Shown here: positions 48,976-61,629 of the stretch, in pieces
How the letters are laid out: each line of letters begins with the position of its first letter
Position numbering within the stretch: position 1 is the first letter of the stretch
Program-made: the position numbers and the translations under genes
Assembly (NCBI RefSeq): GCF_964204645.1
Contig: NW_027437458.1
Coordinates: forward strand, 34,001-98,000
Origin: Tubulanus polymorphus
Taxonomy: Eukaryota; Animalia; Nemertea
Reading direction: 5' to 3'
DNA length: 64,000 nt
Notes under the pieces: generated by a model
The model's database searches: none
Told to the model about the DNA's origin: nothing
Seen by the model: the letters and a program-made list of their open reading frames with translations, nothing else

Positions 48976-49210
48976 TTTTGTAACCCACTTGGGACTTAAG
49001 TCCCAATGGGCAATTGCGTTCACTTCTCGTTCATCTTCTGTCTGTGGACAGGTCCAGTTATTTTGGGAAGTTTTGTAGAACTTTGATCATTGGTTTGTGC
49101 ATGTATCTACCCTAGATACATCTTATGCCTGAAAACTGTCCGGACCTGATTCAAGATGGCCGACTGGCAGCCATTGTTGTTCACCAAAATCTGCACTTTT
49201 TACACATTTG
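48976..49210 (+). mobile_element. HINE family 1, diverged 5' part
   Basis: cccacttgggactt..attgcgttcactt..caagatggccgactggcagccattg, matching 8204-8465. Confidence 0.85.
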
Positions 49211-49403
49211 TAACCCCCATGTTAAAAGTATCCCCACTTGACAGTACTTATCTTTCTCTATGGTGGGAGTCTGCATCACTTCTTGTGACTGAGAAAAAAG
49301 ATAATGGATATCGCCTTGGATTGCTTAAAAGCACTTGCAGGGTGGTGGTATAGAAAAAATTATTGGGAATCAATCCAAATTCAGAGAATATTGGCAAGAA
49401 CTA

Positions 49404-50012
49404 CCGTAAAAACTGGCGTATAAGTCGAGTTTTTAACCCTTGATTTTACCAAATTACTAAATTATTTTTACTAAATTATTGACCTCGACTTATACGCCGA
49501 GTACAGTTTTCTACGAAGTATTTTCAGGTCACAAGAAATATTGATTCTACCAGACAAAAAAGACAGTGTTCATCTTCTTACTGCTATAACAGTTTGAATA
49601 ATTATTCATGATAAATAAAGTTATTTAATGAAAAAAACTTCTTTCATTTTGACACAGCTTCATTTAAAACGATGTATTTATATATGCGCGCTCATAGCAG
49701 CGCTTAATACATTAGGCTATATATAGCGTGTGACTCACACTACTGTTTCACTGTATGGTAGTGTATTATACCTGAGTGTGTGTAACAGTCTATTGATTAA
49801 CACACAGCAGCAATCAGGCTGACGCGCGGCGGCGTGCGTGAAGGCACACATCGTTATCAAAACAAACTATTCAATACAATGATACTAGAAATTATTCTTC
49901 TGAGAGAAGGGACTCGACTTATAAGCCGGATATATGTTAAAATCATGAAATATAGGTCTAAAAATCGACCTCGACTTATACGCCGCGTAGACTTATACGC
50001 CGGTTTTTACGG
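49404..50012. mobile_element. Tc1/mariner-type MITE, copy B (inverted relative to copy A)
   Basis: Same TIRs and TA TSD; the body is the reverse complement of 20739-21340. Confidence 0.92.
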
Positions 50013-50998
50013 TATTCATAGGTACAAATTTTAGTTCTAAAAATGGAAGTATTTCATAAAAAATAGGCATTTTTCTCAAAGGCGCTATCATTTCTCATCA
50101 AATAATTTTCTCATCTGCTTTGCTACGTTAAACCCTCTCTCCTGTCCAAGCCAATTTATTTATTCATGGCAAGAATAATTTAGGCAGCCCTATCCATGAT
50201 GAAACATTTGACAAATATGGACCTTTAACCCTATAACTACCGCTCCCGAGATAGTCTGGAGCGTAATTTCACCCCAAACTGTCGCTCCCGAAATAGTCGG
50301 GAGCTGAATGAATATCACTAGGAAGTGTCTGCACCTGGCGGATATTGATAGAACTATATCGGTAGTACAGACACAAACTTAACTTCAAGAGTTTTAATGG
50401 AAAAATTTTGCGCTTTTACTTAAAATTTACGCTAAGAAAATGACTTGATGTGTAATAACAAGTGTGCTTATTGTCTTATGGATAATGCTAGATCAACAAA
50501 GCGACTTAGGTTGGACCAATTCGTTGATATAACACTTTTGGACATTTGAGTGATGAAGCGTGAGATGAGAATTCATGATAAATTAATTATATTATAATTT
50601 AATAAAGAATCCAATTTGAACAAATGCAGCTATTTTCAAGCATAGGTCTGCATTTCTTTTTGATTTAAATTCTTAGATTAAAAGCGCAATCATAAATTCA
50701 GGCTAACCTCTCATTATTGAAATGGTGGTTTATATTCAACGGTGGCCTGGATGTCTTTGCATTTTAAATTAAGATGTGCATTTCGGAGTGTTCGAATTTC
50801 CCTGAATTCTAATTACGCGAAATCATTGATTGTTTTTAAACAAAATATGCTATATCCATGTGGATTTTAAACATTCTAAAGAAATCATCTAAATTTAGCC
50901 CATATTTGACCGAATTTAATAGAAGAAACTTTGTATGGTATTCAAGATTTCATTTGGATTACGGTAACGGCCTTTGGTGATCGTCCCTGGGGTCATGA

Positions 50999-51216
50999 AT
51001 GAAGAAATCCCGTAATAGAATTTTAAATATGATAAAATTTGTTAAGGTGAAACGGCAAAGTTTCGACTGTTGACTAACAGCCATCATCAGGTGGAATGTA
51101 GACATTCCTAGTGATTAAGGGCTTTTAGTCAGATGGCTGTCAGTCAACAGCCGAAACGTTGTGGTTTAACTTAAATAAATTTCATGATACAAAATTCTAT
51201 TGTGGAATTTCTTCAT
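50999..51216. repeat. inverted pair of Penelope-type termini with hammerhead remnants
   Basis: Imperfect ~85-bp inverted arms; the minus arm has CTGATGA-t-ggctgtt/aacagtc-GAAAC. Confidence 0.7.
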
Positions 51217-52313
51217 CGATCTACAGTTAACATGGTTTAGAGTATTTTATTTGACTTCTTCGGGCCCTGTAGTCGTCTAGATCGAAAATTATTTACTTTT
51301 CGACACAAAAGGGATATACCACCGTGTTGGTCGCTATGAAAGGGATTCCCTGTATATCTGCACCTTAAACCAGTACCTTTGTTGGTTCTAGCCCATATTT
51401 GCTTCCAAATTCAAGTATTTTTAACGTTGGTTTACAATAATTTTAGAAAAAGTGTTTAGTTGGAGAAAACTGATAATTATCTTATAATTCAGCGATTCAT
51501 TGGTTCATCGATTCAGCGAAGTTCAAACACCGTACATTTTGCGTGTTATTATATTGGCACCTTGAAATAAAGTCTCATAGAGATATTGCGGTGCTAAGTT
51601 TATTACTATTAAGAGGTAATTACTATTGGTTCGTTCTCTTATGGTGGTCAGTGCAGTTTGTTCATTCGTTCATCAATCACTGTCTAGTTAGCCAGTGTAA
51701 TTGACCTGCTGACTGATAGCTGCTGCTGGGTTTTTGATAACCTGTATAAACAATTTACTCAACAAAGTAGGAAAGTATGTGAAACTAGAATTACAGCCTA
51801 TTGCATTTCTTTCACATCTTAAGCCAAAAAAGATTTCTTTATCAAATGAAATTGCTGATTTCAAAATTACGTGAACATCTCAACACTGCACTTTTAAACG
51901 CTAATCTTTTGATCTTTTATAATAAGTTGGTAATTTCATTTCAGCCAAACCGTATAACTACGAAATAAGATTTTGATTAGGGTATTACTTCTAGCAAGCG
52001 ATTAAACGATTCAATTTTCATTAACGAACAAGCGAGAACAGCGTGACAAAGTGAACATCACATGGATCACATGGAAATCGTTTGTATCGAAGTAAACAAT
52101 TAATTCAAGGTTAATTCTAAGTATTTTAGTATTTTTTTCGTAATTCATTTTTTTAACGTATGATTTTATTTGTATATTCCTCTCTCATATACCCTTTAAA
52201 AAAATTAAGTCTAAAATTAAAATTTATTTTTTTGTCTTTCTTTTCTACAAAATCAAAGATTTATGAATGCACCAGAATGTTTTATAATCGCAAATGTAAA
52301 ACAAAAATCTTAA

Positions 52314-54017
52314 AGGGTAACTGACACTTTTTTTAAATTTCAAAATATGATGTATTCTATTGATCTATACACTCATCTTCAACCGTTCTGTTCCAAAATG
52401 TTTAGTTTACGTGCAATTTGTGATTTTGTAACAAGATTTTTTACCTCACTTCATTATTTACAATCGCTTACTGTTCAGCGTCGGCTAAATCAGCAGGGGC
52501 GCGCTGCAACGTCATTAAAGGCAGAGCTGAGAAATAGCGTCTATAGAAATGCGTTGAATTTTGAGGAAACTGCGTGTATGTTCTGTTATATCTCAATGCC
52601 AGATTGTTTTACAGCTTTGAAACTGGCCAGGGAGGTAAAAGGATCTATTGTCTATTGCATAAACCTATTTCAAAGAATCAATGAGTAATTTGAATAGGCT
52701 AAATCGATCAAATTGAAGATGCAGATTTCAATCCGCTGCTATGAAGCTAATAAAGTACACTATGCTAAGCTCTCAGCACTGTTACTGCTGCTCCATAGTT
52801 CACCTATAGTTCAGCACCACAAGCATACTATACAGAGTCTTATAAGCAATCACAGATTTCGATCTCGCTAAAGAATAAATAGATTCATAATATTCGTTTA
52901 CTACCGTATTTTCCGGCCAATAAGCCGAGGGCAGTTTTTTAGCCTAAAATACATGGATTTCATAAAGCTTCGCCCAATAAGCCGAGGCCCTTCATCAGAG
53001 ATTTTAATTCACTGATTTGTCAATTAGTTCGTCTTAATTGACGATTTAAGAGGCTGACAGTAGCGCCCGCCGATGTGTGAGAGTGCTGTGTATACTATCA
53101 TCGCCGAGTGACTGTGCTATATATAGACTCTTTCAGCTGATTACTATACACACAGCCATACATGCAGTACGCGGCTCACTGCTGATTTGCATATATACTA
53201 ATGTATGAACTGACACGTGGTAGTACGATGAACTCGCGCGTTATATAAATGTATACCATTGCCGCTGTGCGGTGATGGAACAATCAAAGTAAAAATAAAA
53301 TAGTTCAAAATAGATTATAATTGGTAGTAAATAATGACCTGAAATAAATATCGACCACTTTTCTTGATTTTGATGTTTTTCTTGATCTTGATTTTAATGT
53401 TTTTTTATTAAGTTTCACGCCGCAGAAGAGTTTTGATAGATAACATCACAAATCTTTCACAAACATCATTTCTAAGTTTTAAAATAGGGTGGATGAGAAA
53501 ATATTCGAATTTTTTTTACCAAAGCCGCCACCAATACGAGGTATATTTCAAGAAAAGAATTGAAATTGTTCTTGCAGCTAATTCTGTCTAAGTTTCATCA
53601 GTTCATAAGTCGAAATATTCTTAGATCTAACCATGATCTTACTTACAAAAGGATGATTTAAACATCTGTGTTCCTTGCTGTCTACTAGAAAATGCCATGG
53701 ATTGCTATTCAGATCCTATTTTTGCCCTTAGTTTGAACGTATATGATCCGTTAAACAGCTAATTATAATCATTAATATGTAGACTTTCAAAATCAAGAGG
53801 CATTTTGTCTCAATTCCAAATAGGTATAAAATTAAGTTGAATTGCTCTTGTAGCTTATTACCATGCATTCAGCAGAAGCAATGTATACACTGAACAGGTG
53901 CGCGAACATCAAAATCATCAATTCTGACAACTATGAAATCACATAGCCTTATTGTATACTATAACATATCGTTTAGTGTAAAAAGTAGAATATCTTCAAA
54001 AAAGTGTCAGTTACCCT
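52314..54017. mobile_element. Kolobok-like non-autonomous transposon
   Basis: TTAA TSD and perfect TIR agggtaactgacacttttt; contains a CCGTA-type MITE remnant from ~52904. Confidence 0.85.
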
Positions 54018-55255
54018 TTAAAATTCTAAAAATTCTAGGACTGGCACTATATTCAGGGGCGGATCTAGAGGCAGACAATGACAGGAGCACAGAATTAAAA
54101 AAGGCAATTCATAAGAAAAGGCACTATCCATGACAGACGAGCGCCGAAGGCGCAAAGCGTTCGCGGGTGGTCTGGGGGACCTCCCCCAGAATATTTTTGA
54201 ATTTCAACCCATTTTAATGCAATTTCCAGGCACCTGAGACACAAAAATGACATTCTGCAACAATTCTTTAAGAGATGGGAATTTATAAATATGGAAACAA
54301 TGTGATAACGAACTTTATAGAATGCAATTAAGTATTTCATAAAATAAACAAGGTACATAACAAAATAATTTTGATTAACTACAATCTAAATGAGATTGCA
54401 CATATCTCATTTTCTAAGAAAGATTTACACATTAAGATGAGGTAATTTGAATCAAAGCAAAAAGTGAAATATCTCACATTTTGGACTCTATAATTGAAGT
54501 GTCCAGGTAAGTACTTTTCAGCAGTTTTCATACACTGATTACATTTAAGATATTATCAGAAGAGTAACATAATAATATCCAATATTAGAGGCGTAATGAC
54601 TAATCAATAAGCATTGCACAGTACCTACTAATTGTGTCTTTTGACAAGAGACAGTATCTTATGGTAAGAGACAGCTAAAAAAGTACATGTAGATTTTTCA
54701 CAGCAGGACTAAATGACATATGAAAAGGAATGTGAAACAAAACGCTCCATTCAATGTTTTAATGCTATTTAATTTAACTTTAGAATTTGACAATGATCCC
54801 CAAGTATGGAATTTAATTAATTAAGATTCAATGAACTCTCTCTCTCTCTCTATAAGTAAGCTAGATTCATTTAACATGAATAACTTCAATAGCTTACATT
54901 TAACCCATGTAAGAATGTCCTAGTTTTCTTTTGCACAGAATATTTAAAATCACACATTTCATTAAAGACAGAAAAGATTACAAAAATAATCCAATATCAC
55001 AAAGAACCCCAGCAGTTTCTGATCTTGACTAATTGTATTGCACAGATTAATAACTACCTGAAATTACTATTATACAAGGTGATTATGGATAATGATTGTT
55101 AGAAAAGTTTTCAAGGAGCATGAAGAACAATACACATACTTTACTGTAAAATCTACACATCTGTCTAAAAGTGATCTTAGTGTATCCATGTGTAGACTAA
55201 AAAATAATTCCAATAATTTCTATGCACTGATGCACAAAATAAAATCCTTGTTACA

Positions 55256-55410
55256 AGCAGTTTCTCCTGATTTTGACGAATTGCATTTCACAAAATAATA
55301 GCAGTTTCTCCTGATTTTGACTAATTGCATTTCACAGAATAATAGCAGTTTCTCCTGATTTTGACTAATTGCATTTCACAGAATAATAGCAGTTTCTCCT
55401 GATTTTGACT
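55256..55410. repeat. 44-bp tandem repeat x3.5
   Basis: Unit agcagtttctcctgattttgactaattgcatttcacagaataat at 55256, 55300, 55344 and 55388. Confidence 0.93.
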
Positions 55411-55558
55411 TAAGTAATCCAACTACAGTATACTGTCTGAAACTGTCACTCAATATGCAGTAGTATTACAAATTATCATAAATGCCACGGTTTTAAATGT
55501 AGATTAATACAGTCAGACACCTCACAACGTTCATAGAAGAATAAAGAACTAAAGCTAA

Positions 55559-57805
55559 TTACTTTTCTTCAAAAATGTCAAGAAAAGTCATGCGACGTGG
55601 ATTTCGCCTCGCAAATTCATCAATTACAGCAGACACATCTACCTCCGTTCCATAATAGACTGCCATGAGTGCAAGCCCATTTAGTGTGTCCTGACACATA
55701 GTAGACCTCATGTAGGATTTAAGTCGGCGCAGAGCAGAAACAGAACGCTCACACTGGCAACTAGTGACCGGAATCGTACCTAAAATACGCAGTGCAGTAC
55801 TAATGTTCGGGAACATGACCACAATCAACCAGTGGAATGAGCTGGCGTAGCGATGTAGGTTTCTTCTCCTGCCTGCTCCAATAAGCCTCCCAAAGTAGCA
55901 GTTCTGATAAAATGTTGGTACATGATGGCAAATCACTAGAATACTGATCACAAAACTGTAGAAAGCATTTTTTCCAGTCACTGCTCGCATCTGACAATTA
56001 ATTTGGCATCACCAAATACGCTTGTATAATATCTTGCTGTCCACTAAAGAATCTGGTTTTAATTTGCTCGAGAAGGTGATCAATAAATGGTATTGACACT
56101 ATGCGGCGGTAGTAGTCCTCAACTGTATCAGCAGGTGTGTTTTCACGGTTTCTCTGGCGTCCACATGTTCTTGGTTTGTTGACCGGAATTTCGAGTTTCT
56201 CAGCCAGTGATGTAGGCTGCTGGAACCAAACAGCGTGATTTGCGTTGATCGTTTGACGGTATTTTTCTAGGCTGTCATGCAGAGTTTGAATATGTTTGCA
56301 AACATCCTGTTCAATGTACTGTAATTTTAGAGTCAATCCGCGGGTCAGCTGAAAGATTTCTCGAGCAACTATGAAGCACATAACAAAGTGAAAATCACCT
56401 ATATCCTTTGCCAAACCATTTGCTTTTCATGTTGATTCAGCATTCCAGTGACCACCTTGATTCGTTGCATTATCATTCAGGGTCGCTATCACAGGTTCAA
56501 TGAGTTCAGAAAATGTCTCCACATCTAAACGCTGAACCCATCTCGTTTTACAAACATCTAACAGTTTCCGCTTTTTCGTTTCAGGGACCATATTTCTATA
56601 TTTTCAGCTAACAGCTCATCTTTTTTGGGCGAGAATGAGAAAAACCTGCTCAACTCACCAAGCGTGTCTAACATGTTCCTGATAACTTGAATCTGGCAGG
56701 AGGACATCAAACAATGGTTCAAACGATGAGAAGCACAATGGGTGTACAAGGCTTTGGGAAATTGTGCCGCAATTAATGATGATGCGCCCTTGTTCTTTCC
56801 AGCTACATTGCCTGCCCCATCATAACACTGACCTCTACAGTTAGCCATATCTAGTCTGAGGTCTTTAATGGCAGTTTTAATATATTCGGCTAGATCAGCT
56901 CCAAATGTCCCATCATCACAATGGATAAACCGTAGAAAGTCTTCCTGGATTTCTCCATCACCGTCCACATATCTTATTACCAATGCCAATTGTTCCTTAT
57001 TACTGGAGTCCGCTGCCTCATCAGCAATTATCGCAAAGAATTTGGCTTCAATTAGCCTATCCACTATCGATTTTTCGATTTGATCTCCAACACAATTTAT
57101 AATTTGGTTTTGCACAGTTTTCGAACGATATGTCGCATTTTTAGCACAGGTTTTCGTATGATTTGCCAGTATTGTATCGCCACCATCAATTCTAAAATCT
57201 ACAAGTCTCTGAAATAATCCATTATTTGTACTTTTATCTGAGTATGATGCTGAATCATCTCGGTGTCCTCGAAAAGGCAAGCACTGTTTTCTCAGAAAGA
57301 GCACACACTGGACCAAGGACTCTAAAATCTTACGATTTTCTGCAATACGCTCACTCCTGGTTTGGTCTAACTGAGCGTCGACCGGAACCACTTTATTCGT
57401 TATCATACGTATAAAATTCTGCTCATCGATAACAGCATTGGGATGCATGTCCAATTGCCTTTGGTGTACATCAAACTTAGTAATAGCTGTTTTCCATTTC
57501 ACTACAGGTTTTGTATACAAACACTCAATCGGCTTCCCACCTTTTTCAGTACACGGTCTGCCAAACAGAACACACGGCCGACAGAAAGCACCGTCCAGAT
57601 TTTCTGAATATACCAACCAAGGATACATTTTGAACCATTTATGGATGAACGCCCGGCTCTTCTCACCATCTTTTTGACGTGGAAAAGAATAATCTTCATT
57701 TGGTGTCCAAATGTTCCTTAAGACAGCATATTTCTCCGCATTAGAAAGTTTTGATGTCATATCACCTGTGTTCACTGAAAAACCTCTATCTGGATTGGAC
57801 ATGCT
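55559..57805 (-). pseudogene. hAT transposase (TTF-type zinc finger, DUF4371-like core, dimerisation domain), disabled
   Basis: WLVYS..LDGAFCRPC, LPFRGH, IIADEAAD, QCYDGA, HCASHRLN, TRWV.R, PVTSCQCERSVSALRRLK. Frameshifts ~56570, ~56428, ~55830 and a stop at 55998; possible upstream exon ending at 58077. Confidence 0.92.
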
Positions 57806-60439
57806 GCAAAATACAAATATGAAAAAACTTCTTAAGAAAGGAATTTTGGAAGCTCAGAGTCTCTATTACCTATAAAACATGGAATGATTCGAACGTGTCT
57901 AATTTGAATAGCGCTTTTGATGACTTTTTGAGCGTTAAAGTTATATAATATAATGTTGAAAAGTTTATTTCAAGATAAGAAATATTTATTTTATCATTTT
58001 TACTATTATAATTATGATTTAGATACAGTTATGATTAAATCCTAACCTGACACATGATTTTAAGATTTAAAGCCTACCTGAAGCTGTTATTATTAGAATC
58101 TGTTGGTAAAGGGCCGTAGAAATCATCATCTGTATCGGAATCATCCATCGAAATATCACCATACGAATCATTTAAAGAAGTGTCATCATACATTACATCA
58201 TTGGTACTAGCAGGTCTATCATCAACCATTTTCTCACTACAAAATTCATCAATCACTGATGTCGCATGCAGTATCATTCTCACTAGTTTTTGGCTCGCTA
58301 TAAATAAAAATATTATCTTGCTTGTTAAACAGACTCCCACACTGGTTGGTTCTATAATTCTATCAAAAACAGATACCTAATCCATGGACAGACAGCGACC
58401 ACGTGTAAATTAATGCCCTTTTCAAAAAGAAATGTGCCCTTGCCATAAGGACCGACCACTGCCACGTGTATTAAATGCCCTTTTTGAGAATAATTCGCCT
58501 TTTACTCGACTCACTTCAGCAACGGACAGAAACTATGTGTTTTATATGCCCTTTTTTGAAAATAACTGTGCCTTTTTCTTGAGAACAGATTGCCACCGCA
58601 TGTAAACAATGCCCTTTGTGAAAATAATTATGCCCTTTACTTGAGACAGACCGCCGATGCATGTAAATAATCAGTGGAATAAAGACATAAATGCAACTTA
58701 CCTAGATAACAGTTCTATGGACGGAGGAATATCTGAATCATTGATGTCACATGCAGTATCATTCTCACTGATCGGCTCTCTATAAATAAAAAAATATACT
58801 TCATTCGTAAAATGATTTATTCCCAAACAGGTTGGTTCTACTTCTTTGGACAGAGCCCACGCCCACGAGTATTAAATGCCCTTTATGAGAATAATGCACC
58901 TTAATCTTGACTGAATTGAGCGACTGACAGCCGCCACGCATATTAAATGCCCTTTTTCGAAAAATAATGGTGCCCTTTTCTTTTGAGGCTAGATACGTGC
59001 TGCATGTTATCAATTTTTAGAATAATTATTCCTTTTCTTGACTCTTGAGGATAGACTGCTATGCTGCATAATCAGTGCCCCCTATTTGGAATGATTGTGC
59101 CCTTTTCTTGAGAACAGACCGCCATCACGAGTAACAAATGCCTTTTTTAGAATATAATTGTGCCCTTTTCTTCAGAACAGTCCGCCCCCACGAGTAACAA
59201 ATGCCCTTTTTTGAGAATAAATGTGCCCTTTTTTTCTTTTGACTTTTTTGACGATGATGATAGACAGCCGCCATGCAATGCCACTGAGTATTGGAGTAAC
59301 TAATATGCCTTCAGGAAACTAAAGATGTGTCCTTTTCTTGAGCAAATGACAGTTTTTGTCTCATATCTCCTCACACGTATTCACTTTTATGATTAGTAGG
59401 CCTATCATCAAATTTTATCATCATTAAATTGTTCTATACTTAGGTCTTTTTGAATAAGATATCAATTCTATGATTGTTCTTCTTTGCTACGTTCTGTATC
59501 TCCTGAAGTCGATGTTTTCGTTTAGGCATGATTGCCTTCAAATTTGGGGCCGTCAAATCTTATTGAAAATCTTAAAAACCACGTTTATGACGTTAGAGCA
59601 CATGCGAAATTCGCGGAAGTTATCGTACGAGATGTAGTTTATTTCCGGGTTCACACTAAAACGCGGATGTAAATCGCGGAATGCGGACTTTAGTTTTGCG
59701 GGTGGAAATCGCGGTAAAAAAATTTTTTTCGCACCTATTTCAAAAAGGGCATTCAGAATTTGCGTCAGGAGCACGTGCTCCTGTCTAGATCCGCCCCTGA
59801 TATTTTAGTATTAATGGATTTAATCCATGATGATATTATATTGTTTATATTATATTGGATATTGCCATTTTTTTAGCGTAATATAATTTTTAATATAATT
59901 CTTAGCAACTCAAAAACTTTGATTTTCTATTCACAGAAAAGGTATTCAAAGCATACAGAGTTCTGTATACAGAGCATATAGGGTTTAACAGTACCTTTGA
60001 ACTTGTAACGTATCACTGCAAATCTTTAACAGATGCTGCTATTTTTAACAGGAATTAACCATGCTATCTCAAAATGGTCACTTTTCAATAGTTGACTTAG
60101 AAACGATGTGTTATGAGAGTAGCTGTTATGGTAGGAGTTACTATCACAAAGTCACTGTTAACAGGCGGGTGGTTTTACAGTCACCTCTACTGCTAGTGTG
60201 CACTATCAAACCAGATGTTTTAAAATGGTCACTTTTCAATAGTAGACTCTTCGAAACAGCCACTATAGAAAACCAACCGAATTGAAAGGAATACTATTTC
60301 AGAGTGACTGTTTTGAAATGTATTCTACTGGAAAAGTAGCTGATATCGTTTATTGCTTATTGTTCTCAAGTGGCTACTAAGTAAAAGTAGACATTAGGGC
60401 TCAAAAGTGCAATAGACATGTTCTTGGATTCAGCCTTTC

Positions 60440-61013
60440 AATTGCAGGCCATCTTGGTGTCATCAGTACTCATTCGTTTATGGAAAAAGTTTTTCCACAT
60501 TATATTGATACCTAAGCATATTTTGTTACCACAATAAATTGGAAAGTTGTAGCTCATAATGTGTTCTATGATATTGGTGAGTAACAAGGTCATTGCATTT
60601 TGTATATGGCCACCAGGGCACGTTGGATTATACAATTACTTAGTATTTCTATCTTATAATCGTACCTATGCAAATTTTGTTACCACAATCAATTGCAAAG
60701 TTGTAGCTCATCACATGTTCTATGATTGTGGTGAGTTTCAAGGTCATTTGGTTTTGCGTATGGTCACCAGGGGGCGTTGAATAGTAGAATAACTTATTAT
60801 TAGTATTTCCATATTGAATTGGTAAGGAGGCATATTTCGTTATCATAATCATTACAAAATCGTAGCTGCTGACATGTTCTATGATTGTGGTGGGTTTCAA
60901 AGTCATTGGTTCTTGTATATGGTCACCAAAGGGTGTTGAATATTGAAATTGTTAGATTGTTGAGCACTTGAAACCACTTCCCAAGTGGGCATGGCGTCCC
61001 TGGACCCCTAGTT
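60440..61013 (+). mobile_element. HINE family 1, 3' part
   Basis: Three ~154-bp units plus the cccaagtgggc..ggacccctagtt end. Confidence 0.9.
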
Positions 61014-61022
61014 TCTTTTCAG

Positions 61023-61164
61023 AGGGATAACTCAGGAATCTTAAAAATGGAACAAATTGATTCTGCTAATGCCAATGCGCTCAATGAGCCTCAGAAGGTT
61101 GATGATATGGATGACGGCAAAGATGTTCAATATTCGATTAGTGTTAACTCATTTGAGCCTTCAG
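61023..61164 (+). CDS. host gene exon 5 (RDNSGILKMEQ...NSFEPS)
   Basis: tttcttttcag| acceptor; CAG|gtaagt donor; 142 nt, phase 0 to 1. Confidence 0.78.
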
Positions 61165-61324
61165 GTAAGTTCATAGTTCAAACACTACCTAATGAAATTT
61201 CAGATAAATGTGATCGGGTGTATACTAGTACAGTGAATATTGGTTTTATATGGCGAAAGAACATTTCCTAGATATTGTAAGCGCCCTGATCAAAGATCTT
61301 TTATACAATTCGATAATCTTAGAA

Positions 61325-61410
61325 ATGCTTCCTCGGCAGGGATTCGAACCTGATTGCGTCACTAGACTTAGCCACAACATGAATACCTGCCACATTAGCC
61401 AGAGTGCGCA
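61325..61410 (-). mobile_element. tRNA-derived SINE head
   Basis: A box tggctaatgtgg and B box ggttcgaatccc; no complete cloverleaf. Confidence 0.55.
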
Positions 61411-61629
61411 TGTACACAGAGTTGCCACTTTTCAAGTTTTACCAGAATTTTCTAATATTTCAAATTTGCCTGTCTGATATTCAAGGAATTCATTTTCAGC
61501 ACCATTATCAAAACTCATCAATTAACATAGTTCGTAGTTACTATTGCAGTTGCGTTTTTAGCTACTGAGCCTCTGACCCAGTTATCCTTACACCGGTAAG
61601 GGTTACCATTTCAAGCTCAGAATGTATAT

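Larger units (their letters stand above)
54054..59799 (-). mobile_element. hAT transposon (PRKRIR/Tip100-like transposase)
   Basis: TIRs caggggcggatctaga / tctagatccgcccctg; tgcccttt subterminal repeats at 58400-59340; ATATT on both flanks. Confidence 0.92.
50229..59983. mobile_element. piggyBac-like non-autonomous element with nested insertions
   Basis: tttaa|ccctata ... tataggg|tttaa. The TIR match is only 7 bp, so pairing the two ends is an inference. Confidence 0.55.

Noticed and set aside
61325-61410. tRNA gene
   Set aside because: A and B boxes are present, but there is no proper acceptor or anticodon stem; better explained as a SINE head.
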